From contig DBGDEA010000037.1 of NCBI GenBank assembly GCA_048342875.1, positions 2,513-66,512 on the forward strand: DNA of 64,000 bases, read 5' to 3'. The stretch comes from Collinsella sp. (GTDB lineage Bacteria; Actinomycetota; Coriobacteriia; Coriobacteriales; Coriobacteriaceae). Position numbers and translations under genes: made by a program. The notes below the pieces were generated by a model. It saw nothing but the letters and a program-made list of their open reading frames with translations. It searched no databases and had not been told where the DNA came from. Positions 21,584 to 30,999 of the stretch are shown here, piece after piece. Each line of letters opens with the position of its first letter. Positions within the stretch are counted from its first letter, which is position 1.

Positions 21584-22846
21584 CTAAGCGCTGTAACCCA
21601 TCGCCTGCAGAACAAACATGACAACCGTGAGCACCGTAATCACACCGATAGTCGCCCAAGTGAGCACATTCCACACGCGGCCGTTGCGGTTGGCGCCCAT
21701 AATGTGACGGTCGGCGGCGATAACCACCTGGAACACCAGAACCACGGGCAGCAGCACGCCATTGATGACCTGCGAGGTCATCATAATCTGGAACAGATCG
21801 ACGCCGGGCATAAGCACCAGCACGGCAGAGATACCGATGATGGCCGTAATGATACCGCGATAGACCGGGGCCTCGTCCCAGCTGCGGTCGGCACCGCGCT
21901 CCCAGCCAAATGCCTCGCAGATAGCGCTCGACGTAACGCCCGGCAGCACGCAGGCAGCCAAGAAGCTCGCCGCGACCAGGCCCGAGGCAAACAGTACCGT
22001 GGACCACTGACCCGCAATAGGCTCCAACGCGCGGGCGGCATCGGCAGCATCGCTAATCTGAATACCCGCCGGGAACAACACCGTACCGGTCGTGATGATA
22101 ATAAAGCCGGCAATGACATCGGCAGCAAGCGAGCCGCTCACGGTATCGATGCGCTGCAGCACGATATCGTCCTCGCCCGCGTTCTTATCGACCACGTTGT
22201 TCTGCGCCAAGAAAATCATCCACGGTGCGATGGTGGTACCGATCGTTGCGACCACGAGCGACACGTAGCTGGGGTCGTTTTGAATATTGGGGACGACCAA
22301 GTCGACCGCGACCTCACCCCAGTTGGGGCCGGCCATAAACGCGGCGACGATGTAGGTCACGAACACGCAGCTTACCAGCAGCAAAATCTTCTCGATGCGC
22401 TGGAAACTACCCGACATGGTAAGCATCCACACCAGCAGCGCCACGAGCGGCACCGAGATGCTCGCCGGAACGCCAAACAGCGCAAGGCCACTCGCGATAC
22501 CCGCGAACTCCGAGATGGTCACCGCCGTGTTGGCGATCAACAGCGCCGCCATGGCCAGCACGCTCTTGCGCACGCCAAAGCGCTCGCGAATGAGCGACGC
22601 CAGGCCCTTACCCGTGACGCATCCGCAGCGCGCCGCGGTCTCCTGCGTCACGATGAGCAGCACGGTCATGACGGGAAGCATCCAGAGCATCTTATAGCCA
22701 TAGCTGGCGCCCGCGCTGGAATACGTGGCGATACCGCCGGCGTCATTGCCCGAAAGCGCCGCCAGAAGACCAGGGCCCATGGCGCCAAAGATGGCCGCGA
22801 TGGTCAGCTTTTGCTTGGTGCTCGGCTTTTGCTTCGTATTTTGCAC
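21584..22846 (-). CDS. NRAMP-related divalent metal transporter, NRMT (Mg2+)-type motifs
   Basis: GPGLLAALSGNDAGGIATY and TTIAPWMIF instead of DPGN/MPH; GTG start inferred. Confidence 0.85.
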   Translation of the reverse strand: MQNTKQKPSTKQKLTIAAIFGAMGPGLLAALSGNDAGGIATYSSAGASYGYKMLWMLPVMTVLLIVTQETAARCGCVTGKGLASLIRERFGVRKSVLAMAALLIANTAVTISEFAGIASGLALFGVPASISVPLVALLVWMLTMSGSFQRIEKILLLVSCVFVTYIVAAFMAGPNWGEVAVDLVVPNIQNDPSYVSLVVATIGTTIAPWMIFLAQNNVVDKNAGEDDIVLQRIDTVSGSLAADVIAGFIIITTGTVLFPAGIQISDAADAARALEPIAGQWSTVLFASGLVAASFLAACVLPGVTSSAICEAFGWERGADRSWDEAPVYRGIITAIIGISAVLVLMPGVDLFQIMMTSQVINGVLLPVVLVFQVVIAADRHIMGANRNGRVWNVLTWATIGVITVLTVVMFVLQAMGYSA

Positions 22847-22854
22847 GCGACCAC

Positions 22855-24699
22855 CTACCCCATGACCGACATGGTGAGCAGCACCGCAGCAGCACAGTAC
22901 GCCACACACGAGATCATGACGGCGATGACGTTCATGGCGGTACCCGACGTATTGAGGTCGTGCTCATCGCGCCAGAACAGCACCATCAGGTAAATCACGG
23001 CGCTCATGTTGCCCACCAGGCAGATGATGGCCGCGATGTTAAAGCAGCCGGTAAAGAGCTGCTCCTCAAACATAGGGGCATCGAGGAACGCGGCAGTGCG
23101 CACCAGCTGCGCGCACAGATAGGTCACGAGCGAAAGGATCAGGCCCATACCCGTGCTCTGGAAGAAGAATCCCAGGTACGGTTTGGGCTCGTCGTCGTGA
23201 CCGTCGTACTCGAGGAAGTAGTTCTTGACGAACGACACCATACGCGAGGCAGCCAGCAACACGAGCGGCATGGCGCACATGGGGAACACCACCAAATGCG
23301 CGGAGCCCAGCGCCGTCCCCAGCACCGTTGCCATGATGCACGAGGCGATGCCCCACACGACGACCCAGTACTGACGATGCACGAACCAGCTGAGCACGTT
23401 CGTCGAGTCGTCCGACGCGCTATCGCCCGAGCCGACACCGGCGATCTGCAGGTCCTCCTGATGCTCCTCGGCAATAACGTCCATGGCGTCGTCGAAGGTC
23501 ACGATGCCCAGGATATGACGGTTCTCGTCGCAGACAGGGATGGCAACCAGGTCGTACTTGGTCATCTCGTCCGTCACGTCTTCCTGGTCCTCGTCGGGTG
23601 ACACGTAGACCAGATCGCGATAGGCGAGCTGGCCCAGCGTGGCGTCGCGGTCGGCCACGATCAGCGTGCGCAGCGAAAGCACGCCCGTCAGCATGCCGCT
23701 CGGGTCCTCGGTATAGACGTAATAGACGCTCTCAAAGTCCTCGTCGAGCTTGCGAATCGCCTCGATGGCGTCGCCGACCGTCGCCGTGGCGGGCAGCGAG
23801 ACAAACTCCGAGGTCATGATGCGGCCGGCGGTGTTGTCCTCGTAGCCCAGCAGATTACGAATCGCCTTCTCCTCCTTGACGCCCATCAGGCGCAGGAGCT
23901 TCTCGGCCTTCTCATAATCGAGTTCGTCGATCAGGTCGGCAGCGTCGTCCGGGTCCATCATGGCCAGCATCGACGATGCGTCCGTGTCGGACAGGCCCTC
24001 GAGCATCTCGGTCATAAGCTCGTCGTCATCGAACTCCGAGATGGCCTCGGCGGCCTGGGCAGTATCGAGCTGCGCAAACACCTGCGCACGTAGGCGCGGG
24101 TCGAGCTGCTCGATAATGTCGGCGATGTCGGCAGGGTGCAGCTCGCCGAGCGTCTTGTGCGACACCGAGAGTTGAATGTTCTTGGTCGAGCGGTCGAGCA
24201 GGTCCATGTAGGACCAAGCGATGATGTCTTCACTGAGCGGCTTGCCCAGGTGCTTCATAAAGCCTTCGACGATATGCTCGAGCGCGGGGCTGATGGCGCG
24301 TAGCAGACCGCGGGCACCGACTTCGGCGCCCAGCAGGCGCAGCTGATTTTCGCCCGACATGGAAAACTTGATGTCGTTGACGCGCACGACCTTCATGCCC
24401 TGCGTGTCGACAATCTGCTTGTTGAGCACGTCGCGGGCAAGCAGGAGCTCGGTCGGCTGCAGGTACGAAAAACGGATTTCGGTGGCCGGCGACTTAAGGT
24501 GTACGCCCGTCTCGTCGATACGGTCGACCCATTTGCGCCAGCTGATCATAAACGGCGTCTTGCCGGGTCCGCGGAACGCGAGCGACGTCACGTGCGGAAA
24601 AACTTCGCCGGTAGCAATGCCAAAATCGTTCACAACGCCGAGCTTTTCGCCGTCGACGTCCAAGACCGGCAATTTGAGCATCTCACTCAGATAATTCAA
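22855..24699 (-). CDS. MgtE-like protein: PRC barrels, MgtE N-domain, CBS pair and divergent TM domain
   Basis: VLNKQIVD..G.KVVRVNDI, LHPADIADI, MDPDDAAD, TAGRIMT, GIVTFDDAMDV. Confidence 0.85.
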   Translation of the reverse strand: MNYLSEMLKLPVLDVDGEKLGVVNDFGIATGEVFPHVTSLAFRGPGKTPFMISWRKWVDRIDETGVHLKSPATEIRFSYLQPTELLLARDVLNKQIVDTQGMKVVRVNDIKFSMSGENQLRLLGAEVGARGLLRAISPALEHIVEGFMKHLGKPLSEDIIAWSYMDLLDRSTKNIQLSVSHKTLGELHPADIADIIEQLDPRLRAQVFAQLDTAQAAEAISEFDDDELMTEMLEGLSDTDASSMLAMMDPDDAADLIDELDYEKAEKLLRLMGVKEEKAIRNLLGYEDNTAGRIMTSEFVSLPATATVGDAIEAIRKLDEDFESVYYVYTEDPSGMLTGVLSLRTLIVADRDATLGQLAYRDLVYVSPDEDQEDVTDEMTKYDLVAIPVCDENRHILGIVTFDDAMDVIAEEHQEDLQIAGVGSGDSASDDSTNVLSWFVHRQYWVVVWGIASCIMATVLGTALGSAHLVVFPMCAMPLVLLAASRMVSFVKNYFLEYDGHDDEPKPYLGFFFQSTGMGLILSLVTYLCAQLVRTAAFLDAPMFEEQLFTGCFNIAAIICLVGNMSAVIYLMVLFWRDEHDLNTSGTAMNVIAVMISCVAYCAAAVLLTMSVMG

Positions 24700-24838
24700 T
24701 GGTGCTCCCCATCATTATTCCTCCGGACGCGGCCGCGCGTGCGGCGTCCGGGGGCTTCTGGATATGTATACGCATGCGCGGGCGGCACGCCGCTCGACGC
24801 TTACACCCCGTGCATGCGCAAAAAGCACCTGCATGGGG

Positions 24839-24871
24839 TCATCGACTGTATGGTCGAGGTTTGGATTTCAC
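24839..24871 (-). promoter_or_regulatory. Candidate leader peptide MKSKPRPYSR upstream of the Mg-transport operon
   Basis: GAAAGG RBS 6 nt before GTG; TGCTATAGT extended -10 upstream; GC hairpins between its stop and the first CDS. Confidence 0.45.
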
Positions 24872-24990
24872 CTGTAACCTTTCTCTTGACCCTCATTAAC
24901 CGCAGTAACTATAGCATCAGCATCGCCCCGCGGCATCGAATTTATGCGCTGCACATTGCAGGCATACCAAACGCTGACGCATCCGTGACA

Positions 24991-25019
24991 TAGTCATTGG
25001 GGACGTTCTTAAATGACTA
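24991..25019. repeat. GGGGAC short hairpin repeat (other copies at 3446, 33388, 33421, 37040, 37132, 37167)
   Basis: TAGTCATTGGGGACGTTCTTAAATGACTA. Confidence 0.85.
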
Positions 25020-25027
25020 CCCAATAA

Positions 25028-26434
25028 CTACTCTGTGGTGTCGTCGTCCTCGGCAAGTTGGGGGAACACGGCGTCCTTGGGCATGGTGGCCTTCGTCAGC
25101 GAGGTGAGCTTTTTGCTCAGCGACGTGTCCGTCTTGACCAGGTCGCTGAGCGTCACGATCTTGTAGCCGTCGGCAATGAGGCCGTCGATAATCTGCGGCA
25201 GCGCCTCGAGCGTCTGCTCGGCGCATTCGTCTCTATCGGTGAGCAGCACGATATTGCCCGGCGTCACCGAATCGAGCACCGTCGAGACCTGCTCGTCGGC
25301 ACCGTTGAGCAGCCAGTCGCCCGAGTCGATATTCCACGAGACCACGGCGGAGACCAGGTCCATCGCATCAATCCAGCTTTGCTCGTCAAAGGCAGCGTAG
25401 GGAGCACGCAGCAGCATCGTCTTCACGCCGGTCGCCGACTTAATCGCATCGGTGCCTTTCGTGATCTGTTCGCGTACCGCCTCACGGTCCTGACCCTTGA
25501 GCAAATCGTCGCTGTAGCTGTTGGATCCGATCTCGCACCCGGCATCGACAATCGCCTTGGCCGTGGCAGGCGAGGCCTCGGCCGCATCGCCCGAAAGGAA
25601 GAACGTCGCGGTGACGCCCTTTTCCTTGAGCACCTGCAAGATCTGTTTGGTGGCGCCGCTCGGACCCTCGTCAAACGTCAGCGCCACGTATTTTTCGTTA
25701 CCCTTGGGCGCCACGCTGGCGCACGCAACGACGCAATCGGTGGCGGGCACAACCTCGCCGCGGTCCTGCGTCTTGCCCGACTGCTCACCAACCCACACCT
25801 CGGAGCGGCCCTGGACACCCCACGTCTGCACATACTCGATAGCGCCCGTACCCTCGACCTTGAGCTTGGGCTCGATAACCGTAGCCTGAACCTCGTGCTT
25901 CTCGTAGGTGTTACGGCCATCCTTGACCGTCACCTTCTCGCCGCCCTCAAGTTCGCGGCTATCCCATTTGCCCTGTTTCACGCGCTTGCCGTCGACCTTC
26001 ACCGACAGCTTTTCGCCCCCATGGCGCTTGAGCACGCTGTCATCGACGGCCAGCAGGTCGCCTGCGTCGTAGGTGTCAGTCAACTCCTGGTCGTCGATGA
26101 GATTCTGCAGCGTAGAGCCCACACGCACCGCGGTCTTCTGGCCGTTGAGCTCCACGTCCACACTGCGGTTGACGTAGCCCACGACGGCAGCAATAAACAG
26201 CACGAGCGCACAGCCCACGGCAATGAGCGCATAGGGCAGGCGAGACGAACGACGGGGCGTACGGTTGTTGCCGATGCGAGCGCTGCGGTCGCTAAAGCCG
26301 CGGCTATGGTTGAGATACATCGCGCCGGGCTTACGGTGACGCTTGCGCTGACCGCTGGGCAGCTGCCCCAGATCGCGGCGCGCCGTCGGACGCGCACCCG
26401 AACGCCCGTTTAAGTTGGATCCGTTTTGGCGCAT
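25028..26434 (-). CDS. Membrane-anchored polysaccharide deacetylase-family (NodB) protein with degenerate active site
   Basis: ALTFDEGP, ATFF, RAPY, DSGDW; N-terminal TM segment. Confidence 0.8.
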   Translation of the reverse strand: MRQNGSNLNGRSGARPTARRDLGQLPSGQRKRHRKPGAMYLNHSRGFSDRSARIGNNRTPRRSSRLPYALIAVGCALVLFIAAVVGYVNRSVDVELNGQKTAVRVGSTLQNLIDDQELTDTYDAGDLLAVDDSVLKRHGGEKLSVKVDGKRVKQGKWDSRELEGGEKVTVKDGRNTYEKHEVQATVIEPKLKVEGTGAIEYVQTWGVQGRSEVWVGEQSGKTQDRGEVVPATDCVVACASVAPKGNEKYVALTFDEGPSGATKQILQVLKEKGVTATFFLSGDAAEASPATAKAIVDAGCEIGSNSYSDDLLKGQDREAVREQITKGTDAIKSATGVKTMLLRAPYAAFDEQSWIDAMDLVSAVVSWNIDSGDWLLNGADEQVSTVLDSVTPGNIVLLTDRDECAEQTLEALPQIIDGLIADGYKIVTLSDLVKTDTSLSKKLTSLTKATMPKDAVFPQLAEDDDTTE

Positions 26435-26506
26435 GTGCCCTCCCCCATAAACACAGCAAGCCGGAGCAACAGGTCTCCGGCTTGCCTCCCATCATTTGGT
26501 ACGTCG

Positions 26507-27262
26507 CTATTTTGTAGCTTTTGACGAGCCTCCGCTCGCCTTTTGGTATTCGTCCTTAAAGGCCTTGAACATGCCGCGCGTCTTGCCGAGCTGCTTGCCC
26601 AGTGCGCGACTGCCCTTGTCCACGGCAACCGATCCCTTGTCGTCGAGCACCTTGGCGCCCTTTTTGACCTTGTCGCCCACCACGACGCTGGCCTCGGCGG
26701 CCTTGGCAGCCGCACCGCCCGAATACCCGAGCGACTTGACCTCGTCCGAAACAATCATCGCGCCGTCCGCATAGCCGCGCAGCATCGTCGGCGGCACCTG
26801 CGTGTCACCAACCAAAACACTCGAAGCAGCACCGGCGGTCACATAGAATGCCTGCACGATGCCCGAGCGTGGCTTGAACTCAACGTCCGAGCAATAGCCC
26901 ACGACGTCGCCCGATTCCGTGCGCACATCCATACCGACCCAGATGATGCAATCGTCCAGGTTGATGTTGAGGCGCTTGGCAGCGGCGGCATCGTACGTGT
27001 CCTTGACGTCATCGACCGCAATGGCGCCCTCGTAGACACCAATGGCGTCGAGCGCTACGAATCGGTCGGGACGCTCGATCATGCCCGCGATATCGGACTG
27101 GCGGACCATAAAGCCGACCACGCGCGTACCGCCCGGGGTAAAGACCGGAAAGTGAATCTTTCCGAGCTTTTTAGGGCTGCGCGGTGTGCCGTCCTTTTTG
27201 GTGCGCTTGTCCTCGGTAGGCTTGCGATAGATCTTGGCGCCGACAAAATCCCCGGCGCGCAT
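26507..27262 (-). CDS. PRC-barrel domain protein
   Basis: VGMDVRTESGDVVGYCSDVEF. Confidence 0.7.
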   Translation of the reverse strand: MRAGDFVGAKIYRKPTEDKRTKKDGTPRSPKKLGKIHFPVFTPGGTRVVGFMVRQSDIAGMIERPDRFVALDAIGVYEGAIAVDDVKDTYDAAAAKRLNINLDDCIIWVGMDVRTESGDVVGYCSDVEFKPRSGIVQAFYVTAGAASSVLVGDTQVPPTMLRGYADGAMIVSDEVKSLGYSGGAAAKAAEASVVVGDKVKKGAKVLDDKGSVAVDKGSRALGKQLGKTRGMFKAFKDEYQKASGGSSKATK

Positions 27263-27651
27263 TATGCCTCGGTCGAGGGCTCCGCAGCCTCGGTATCAGC
27301 CTCGACGGCGTTCTCGACCACGACGTCGGCGGCAGGCGTCACGTTGCCGCCCGAAATGGCGTCGTTGAGCTGCTCGCGCAGCTGGTCCATGCGCTCGCGG
27401 GCAAGGTCGACCTTGGCGCGCAGGTCGTCGGTCTTGGCGTCGACCATCGGGCCAAAGTCATTCACCGCAGCACGGGCCTCCTCGGCGCTGTGCTCGTAGG
27501 TGTCGCGCATATTGTCCCAGGCGTCGTTGGCGATATCGGCAGCCATGGCGCGGGTCTCGGCGCCCGAGCGCGGGGCCAGAGCAACGCCGACAATAGCGCC
27601 GGCAGCGGCACCAAAAAGTGCGCCGGAGACAAAGCTGAAAGTCTTACCCAT
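27262..27651 (-). CDS. YtxH-domain protein
   Basis: FVSGALFGAAAGAIVGVALAPRSGAETR. Confidence 0.85.
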   Translation of the reverse strand: MGKTFSFVSGALFGAAAGAIVGVALAPRSGAETRAMAADIANDAWDNMRDTYEHSAEEARAAVNDFGPMVDAKTDDLRAKVDLARERMDQLREQLNDAISGGNVTPAADVVVENAVEADTEAAEPSTEA

Positions 27652-27787
27652 GATCATTCCTCTCCTGCGGGCACGTCGGTGCCCACCGTTTGAATGCTGT
27701 CCATTATACCCGCAGCGCATCACTTGCCGCTCCGCTCATCTGCGTACGGCAAAGGCGCAGGTACGTGATGGTGATAAACGCGTAGGC

Positions 27788-28621
27788 CTACTCTTGGGGC
27801 ATAGCCGGCATGGCCACCGTGGCACCCGGATCCTCGCCGGCGCCGTCCACGAGCGGCAGACCGCCCTCATGCGCAGGTCCTGCCGGAACCGTCGCCGCAC
27901 CGCCAAAGACGGCAGCGGAGGCCTCGTGGTTCTCGGCAACCGCGCCCTCGGTATCAATCGCCACCTGGGGCTCGTCGTCAAAGTTGGGGACGCCCTGGGG
28001 CTCGGCGGGAACGGGCTCGGTAGTCGCATCGACAACGGGCTCGGCGTCGACCGGCATATCGCCCTCGTCAGCGCCCTCGTCCTCGGTAGCATCTTCGCCG
28101 TTCGCAGCGGCGACGGCCTCGTGAGGATCCTTGCCCTCGGCCTCGGCGCGCATGCCAAGCACCAGGTTGCGCAGGCCCGCGACCGTGCCTTCCACGTCGG
28201 GGGCAGGCTGGTCGGCGTGCAGGTACGCCCAGTCCATCATAAAGGTGGCCGAAGACAGCGCACCGATGGCCAGCGCATCGTCGGGGCACGAAAGCTCAAC
28301 CTCAAAAACGCGCTCGTCGTGCTCGCTTACGCGCGTGCGGCCGCACGAGATGCTACCGGCAAGACCGGTCTCGTTCATGAGCTCGACCGTCACGTGCTCC
28401 AGCAGATGGCAAAGCTCGGTCTGACCCATGCAGTCCTGGAACTCGCGACCGGAATCGCCCAGGCACAGGTGCTTGGCAATCGCGGGCACCAGGTAGTACA
28501 CGCGCGCCGTGGCCTCGATGTCCTCCGAGGTCATGAGCGGCATGCCGGGGTTCACCAGCACATGCGCGCGGATCTTGTCCTCACTGACGGTGACCTTAAG
28601 GATGTTGAACAGGCCTGCCAT
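27788..28621 (-). CDS. Stand-alone cyanophycin synthetase N-terminal-like domain with acidic tail
   Basis: HLC...TELCHLLEHVTVEL...GRTR. Confidence 0.65.
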   Translation of the reverse strand: MAGLFNILKVTVSEDKIRAHVLVNPGMPLMTSEDIEATARVYYLVPAIAKHLCLGDSGREFQDCMGQTELCHLLEHVTVELMNETGLAGSISCGRTRVSEHDERVFEVELSCPDDALAIGALSSATFMMDWAYLHADQPAPDVEGTVAGLRNLVLGMRAEAEGKDPHEAVAAANGEDATEDEGADEGDMPVDAEPVVDATTEPVPAEPQGVPNFDDEPQVAIDTEGAVAENHEASAAVFGGAATVPAGPAHEGGLPLVDGAGEDPGATVAMPAMPQE

Positions 28622-28645
28622 AACTCTCCCCTACTCTTCCTTGCC

Positions 28646-30019
28646 CTACTCGTCGCCATCGTGCGGATCCACAGAGCCCGCACCCGACGCCGCCGGCTTC
28701 TCTGCCGAAGACTCGGAATCCTTCTTATCGGTTTCGGCCGGAGCGATCACGCGAATGAGCGAGATGCGCTGGCCACGCATCGACTGCACTTTAAACTTGT
28801 ACCCCGCGACCTCAAACACCTCTCCGATGTCGGGCACCGAGTCGCAAAGCTCCAAAATCCAGCCGGCGATGGTCTCATAATCATCGCTTTCCTCGAGCGG
28901 CCAACCAAGCTCAATCGCGTCATCGCACGAAAAACGCCCATCAACGAGCCACTCGCGGCGCGAAAGGCGCGTGAGATACTTGTTGTCGGGGTCGAACTCG
29001 TCCTCGATCTCGCCGACGATCTCCTCGACGATGTCCTCGATGGTGATGATGCCGGCCGTGCCGCCGTACTCGTCCACGACCATCACGATCTGGTCGTGCG
29101 AGGTCTGCATCTCGGACAGCAGCGGCAGGATGTCCTTGGTGTCGGGCACAAAGGTGGCGTCGCGCAAAAAGCCGGCGATGGGCTGGTCGCCCTTACCGTC
29201 GAGCGCAGGCTGAATCAGGTCCTTGATGTGCGCAATGCCGGCGACGTTGTCGGGATCCTCGTGATAGACGGGGATGCGGCTAAAGCCGGTCTGGCGCATG
29301 GTGGACAGCACGTCGGCGACCGTCTCGTCGTCCTCGCACATGGTGGTGTCCACGCGCGGCACCATGACCTCACGGGCAACGGTGTCGCCCAAGTCGAAGA
29401 TCTCGTGGATCATGCGCTTTTCCTCGTCGAGCAGGTCGTCCTGCTCCGAGACCATGTACTTGATCTCTTCCTCCGAGACGTTTTGGCGGTCGTCGGCACT
29501 CTTGATGCGCAGGATGCGGGCCAGACCATCGGAGCAAGCGCCGGTCAGCCACACGAGCGGACGGGCGATCTTTTGGAACACGGAAAGCGGGCCCACGACC
29601 TGCTTGGACACGCCCTCGGCATTGGCCAGGCCGATGCGCTTGGGGACGAGCTCGCCGATCACGATGGACACGAAGGCGACCGCGACGGTGATGATGACCG
29701 GCGCCAGGCCGCGCGCGATGGCGGAGAGCGGCGCGATGCCAAAGCTCATGAGCCACGTGGCGAGCGGGTCGGACAGACTCGTCGAGGCGACGGCGGACGA
29801 GGCGAAGCCCACGAGCGTAATGGCAACCTGGATGGTGGCGAGCAGCTGGTCGGAGTCGGCAGCCAGCTTAATGGCACGCTCGGCGCGCTTGTCGCCTTCC
29901 TCGGCCTCGTGCTCCAACACGGCGCGCTTGGCCGTGGTGAGCGCCATCTCGGACATAGAGAAGTAGCCGTTGATGAGGGTCAAAACGAGGGTGGTGATAA
30001 GGGAGATGGTTATGTCCAT
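28646..30019 (-). CDS. CNNM/CorC (TlyC 'hemolysin') family transporter
   Basis: FSMSEMA, GELVPKRIG, EVMVPR, FSRIPVY, VDEYGGTAG, YETIAG. Confidence 0.92.
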   Translation of the reverse strand: MDITISLITTLVLTLINGYFSMSEMALTTAKRAVLEHEAEEGDKRAERAIKLAADSDQLLATIQVAITLVGFASSAVASTSLSDPLATWLMSFGIAPLSAIARGLAPVIITVAVAFVSIVIGELVPKRIGLANAEGVSKQVVGPLSVFQKIARPLVWLTGACSDGLARILRIKSADDRQNVSEEEIKYMVSEQDDLLDEEKRMIHEIFDLGDTVAREVMVPRVDTTMCEDDETVADVLSTMRQTGFSRIPVYHEDPDNVAGIAHIKDLIQPALDGKGDQPIAGFLRDATFVPDTKDILPLLSEMQTSHDQIVMVVDEYGGTAGIITIEDIVEEIVGEIEDEFDPDNKYLTRLSRREWLVDGRFSCDDAIELGWPLEESDDYETIAGWILELCDSVPDIGEVFEVAGYKFKVQSMRGQRISLIRVIAPAETDKKDSESSAEKPAASGAGSVDPHDGDE

Positions 30020-30129
30020 CGGGAGTTTCTCGAACCTCCAAGATTCGGGACGTCAGGTTAAAACGTTGATGGCGGATACGGCAATTGCACCGGCGCCCAA
30101 ACGAGAACGCGGGCGCGCAGGCGTGGTCG

Positions 30130-30831
30130 CTAGATTACGAAGAGGATCACCGCCATGAACTGGAAGATGCTGCCGGCGAGCACCCACAGGTGAAACACGC
30201 TGTGCAGATAGCGCACGTTTTTGGCGATATAGAACGGCACGCCCGCGGTGTAGCACACGCCGCCGACGGCGAGCAGGGCAAGTGCCACGGGGTTGAGCAG
30301 CGCAACAAGTTCGGGCAGCTTAAAGACAACGAGCCAGCCCATCAGCAGGTAGACCAGGCCGCTTACCCAATGCGGCTGGCGCTCGCGTAGGAAGCACTCG
30401 AGGGCGATGCCGATGATGGCGATGGCCCATACGGCAAAGAACAGCACAGCGCCGCCGTCGTTTGCGAGAGTGATGAGGCAAAACGGCGTATAGCTGCCGG
30501 CTATGAGCAGGTAGATGCAGCTGTGGTCGATGATGCGAAACACGCGCTTGGCGCGCGCGGGCTGAATCGCGTGGTAGAGCGTGGAGGCTAGGTATTCGAG
30601 GATAATGCTGACGCCATAGACAATCGCCGCGGCCATATGGGCCGGGCCTCCGCCGCGCAGGGCGGCGAATACGATCAGGAGCACCAGGCCCGCGATACCC
30701 AGCAGGCAGCCGACACCATGGGTGACGGAGTTCATGATCTCCTCGCCCACTGTGTAGTGTGGAACGGCCGCGGTCTTGGGTCGCGGCTTAGAACTGTCGC
30801 TCGAATCGGACATGCCGGTTACATCCTCCAA
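30130..30831 (-). CDS. Hemolysin III / PAQR family membrane protein
   Basis: EEIMNSVTHG, STLYH, DHSCIYLLIAGSYTP, HSVFHLWV. Confidence 0.92.
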   Translation of the reverse strand: MEDVTGMSDSSDSSKPRPKTAAVPHYTVGEEIMNSVTHGVGCLLGIAGLVLLIVFAALRGGGPAHMAAAIVYGVSIILEYLASTLYHAIQPARAKRVFRIIDHSCIYLLIAGSYTPFCLITLANDGGAVLFFAVWAIAIIGIALECFLRERQPHWVSGLVYLLMGWLVVFKLPELVALLNPVALALLAVGGVCYTAGVPFYIAKNVRYLHSVFHLWVLAGSIFQFMAVILFVI

Positions 30832-30999
30832 CGTAAAGAGTTCTCAACACTATATCAAAGCGTCTGGGTACGTGCGAAATTTGCACCATACGTGACCCTT
30901 TGTTTACCCATTCTTTGCCTGTTGACGCATCAACGGCGAACGTCCATAATGCGCTTGCATTAAATGTTGATGTATTAACATCTTATAGGAAAGCTTCTT

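Noticed and set aside
28646..30831. Hemolysin virulence locus
   Set aside because: CNNM/CorC and PAQR families are metal and membrane homeostasis proteins; 'hemolysin' is a legacy name.
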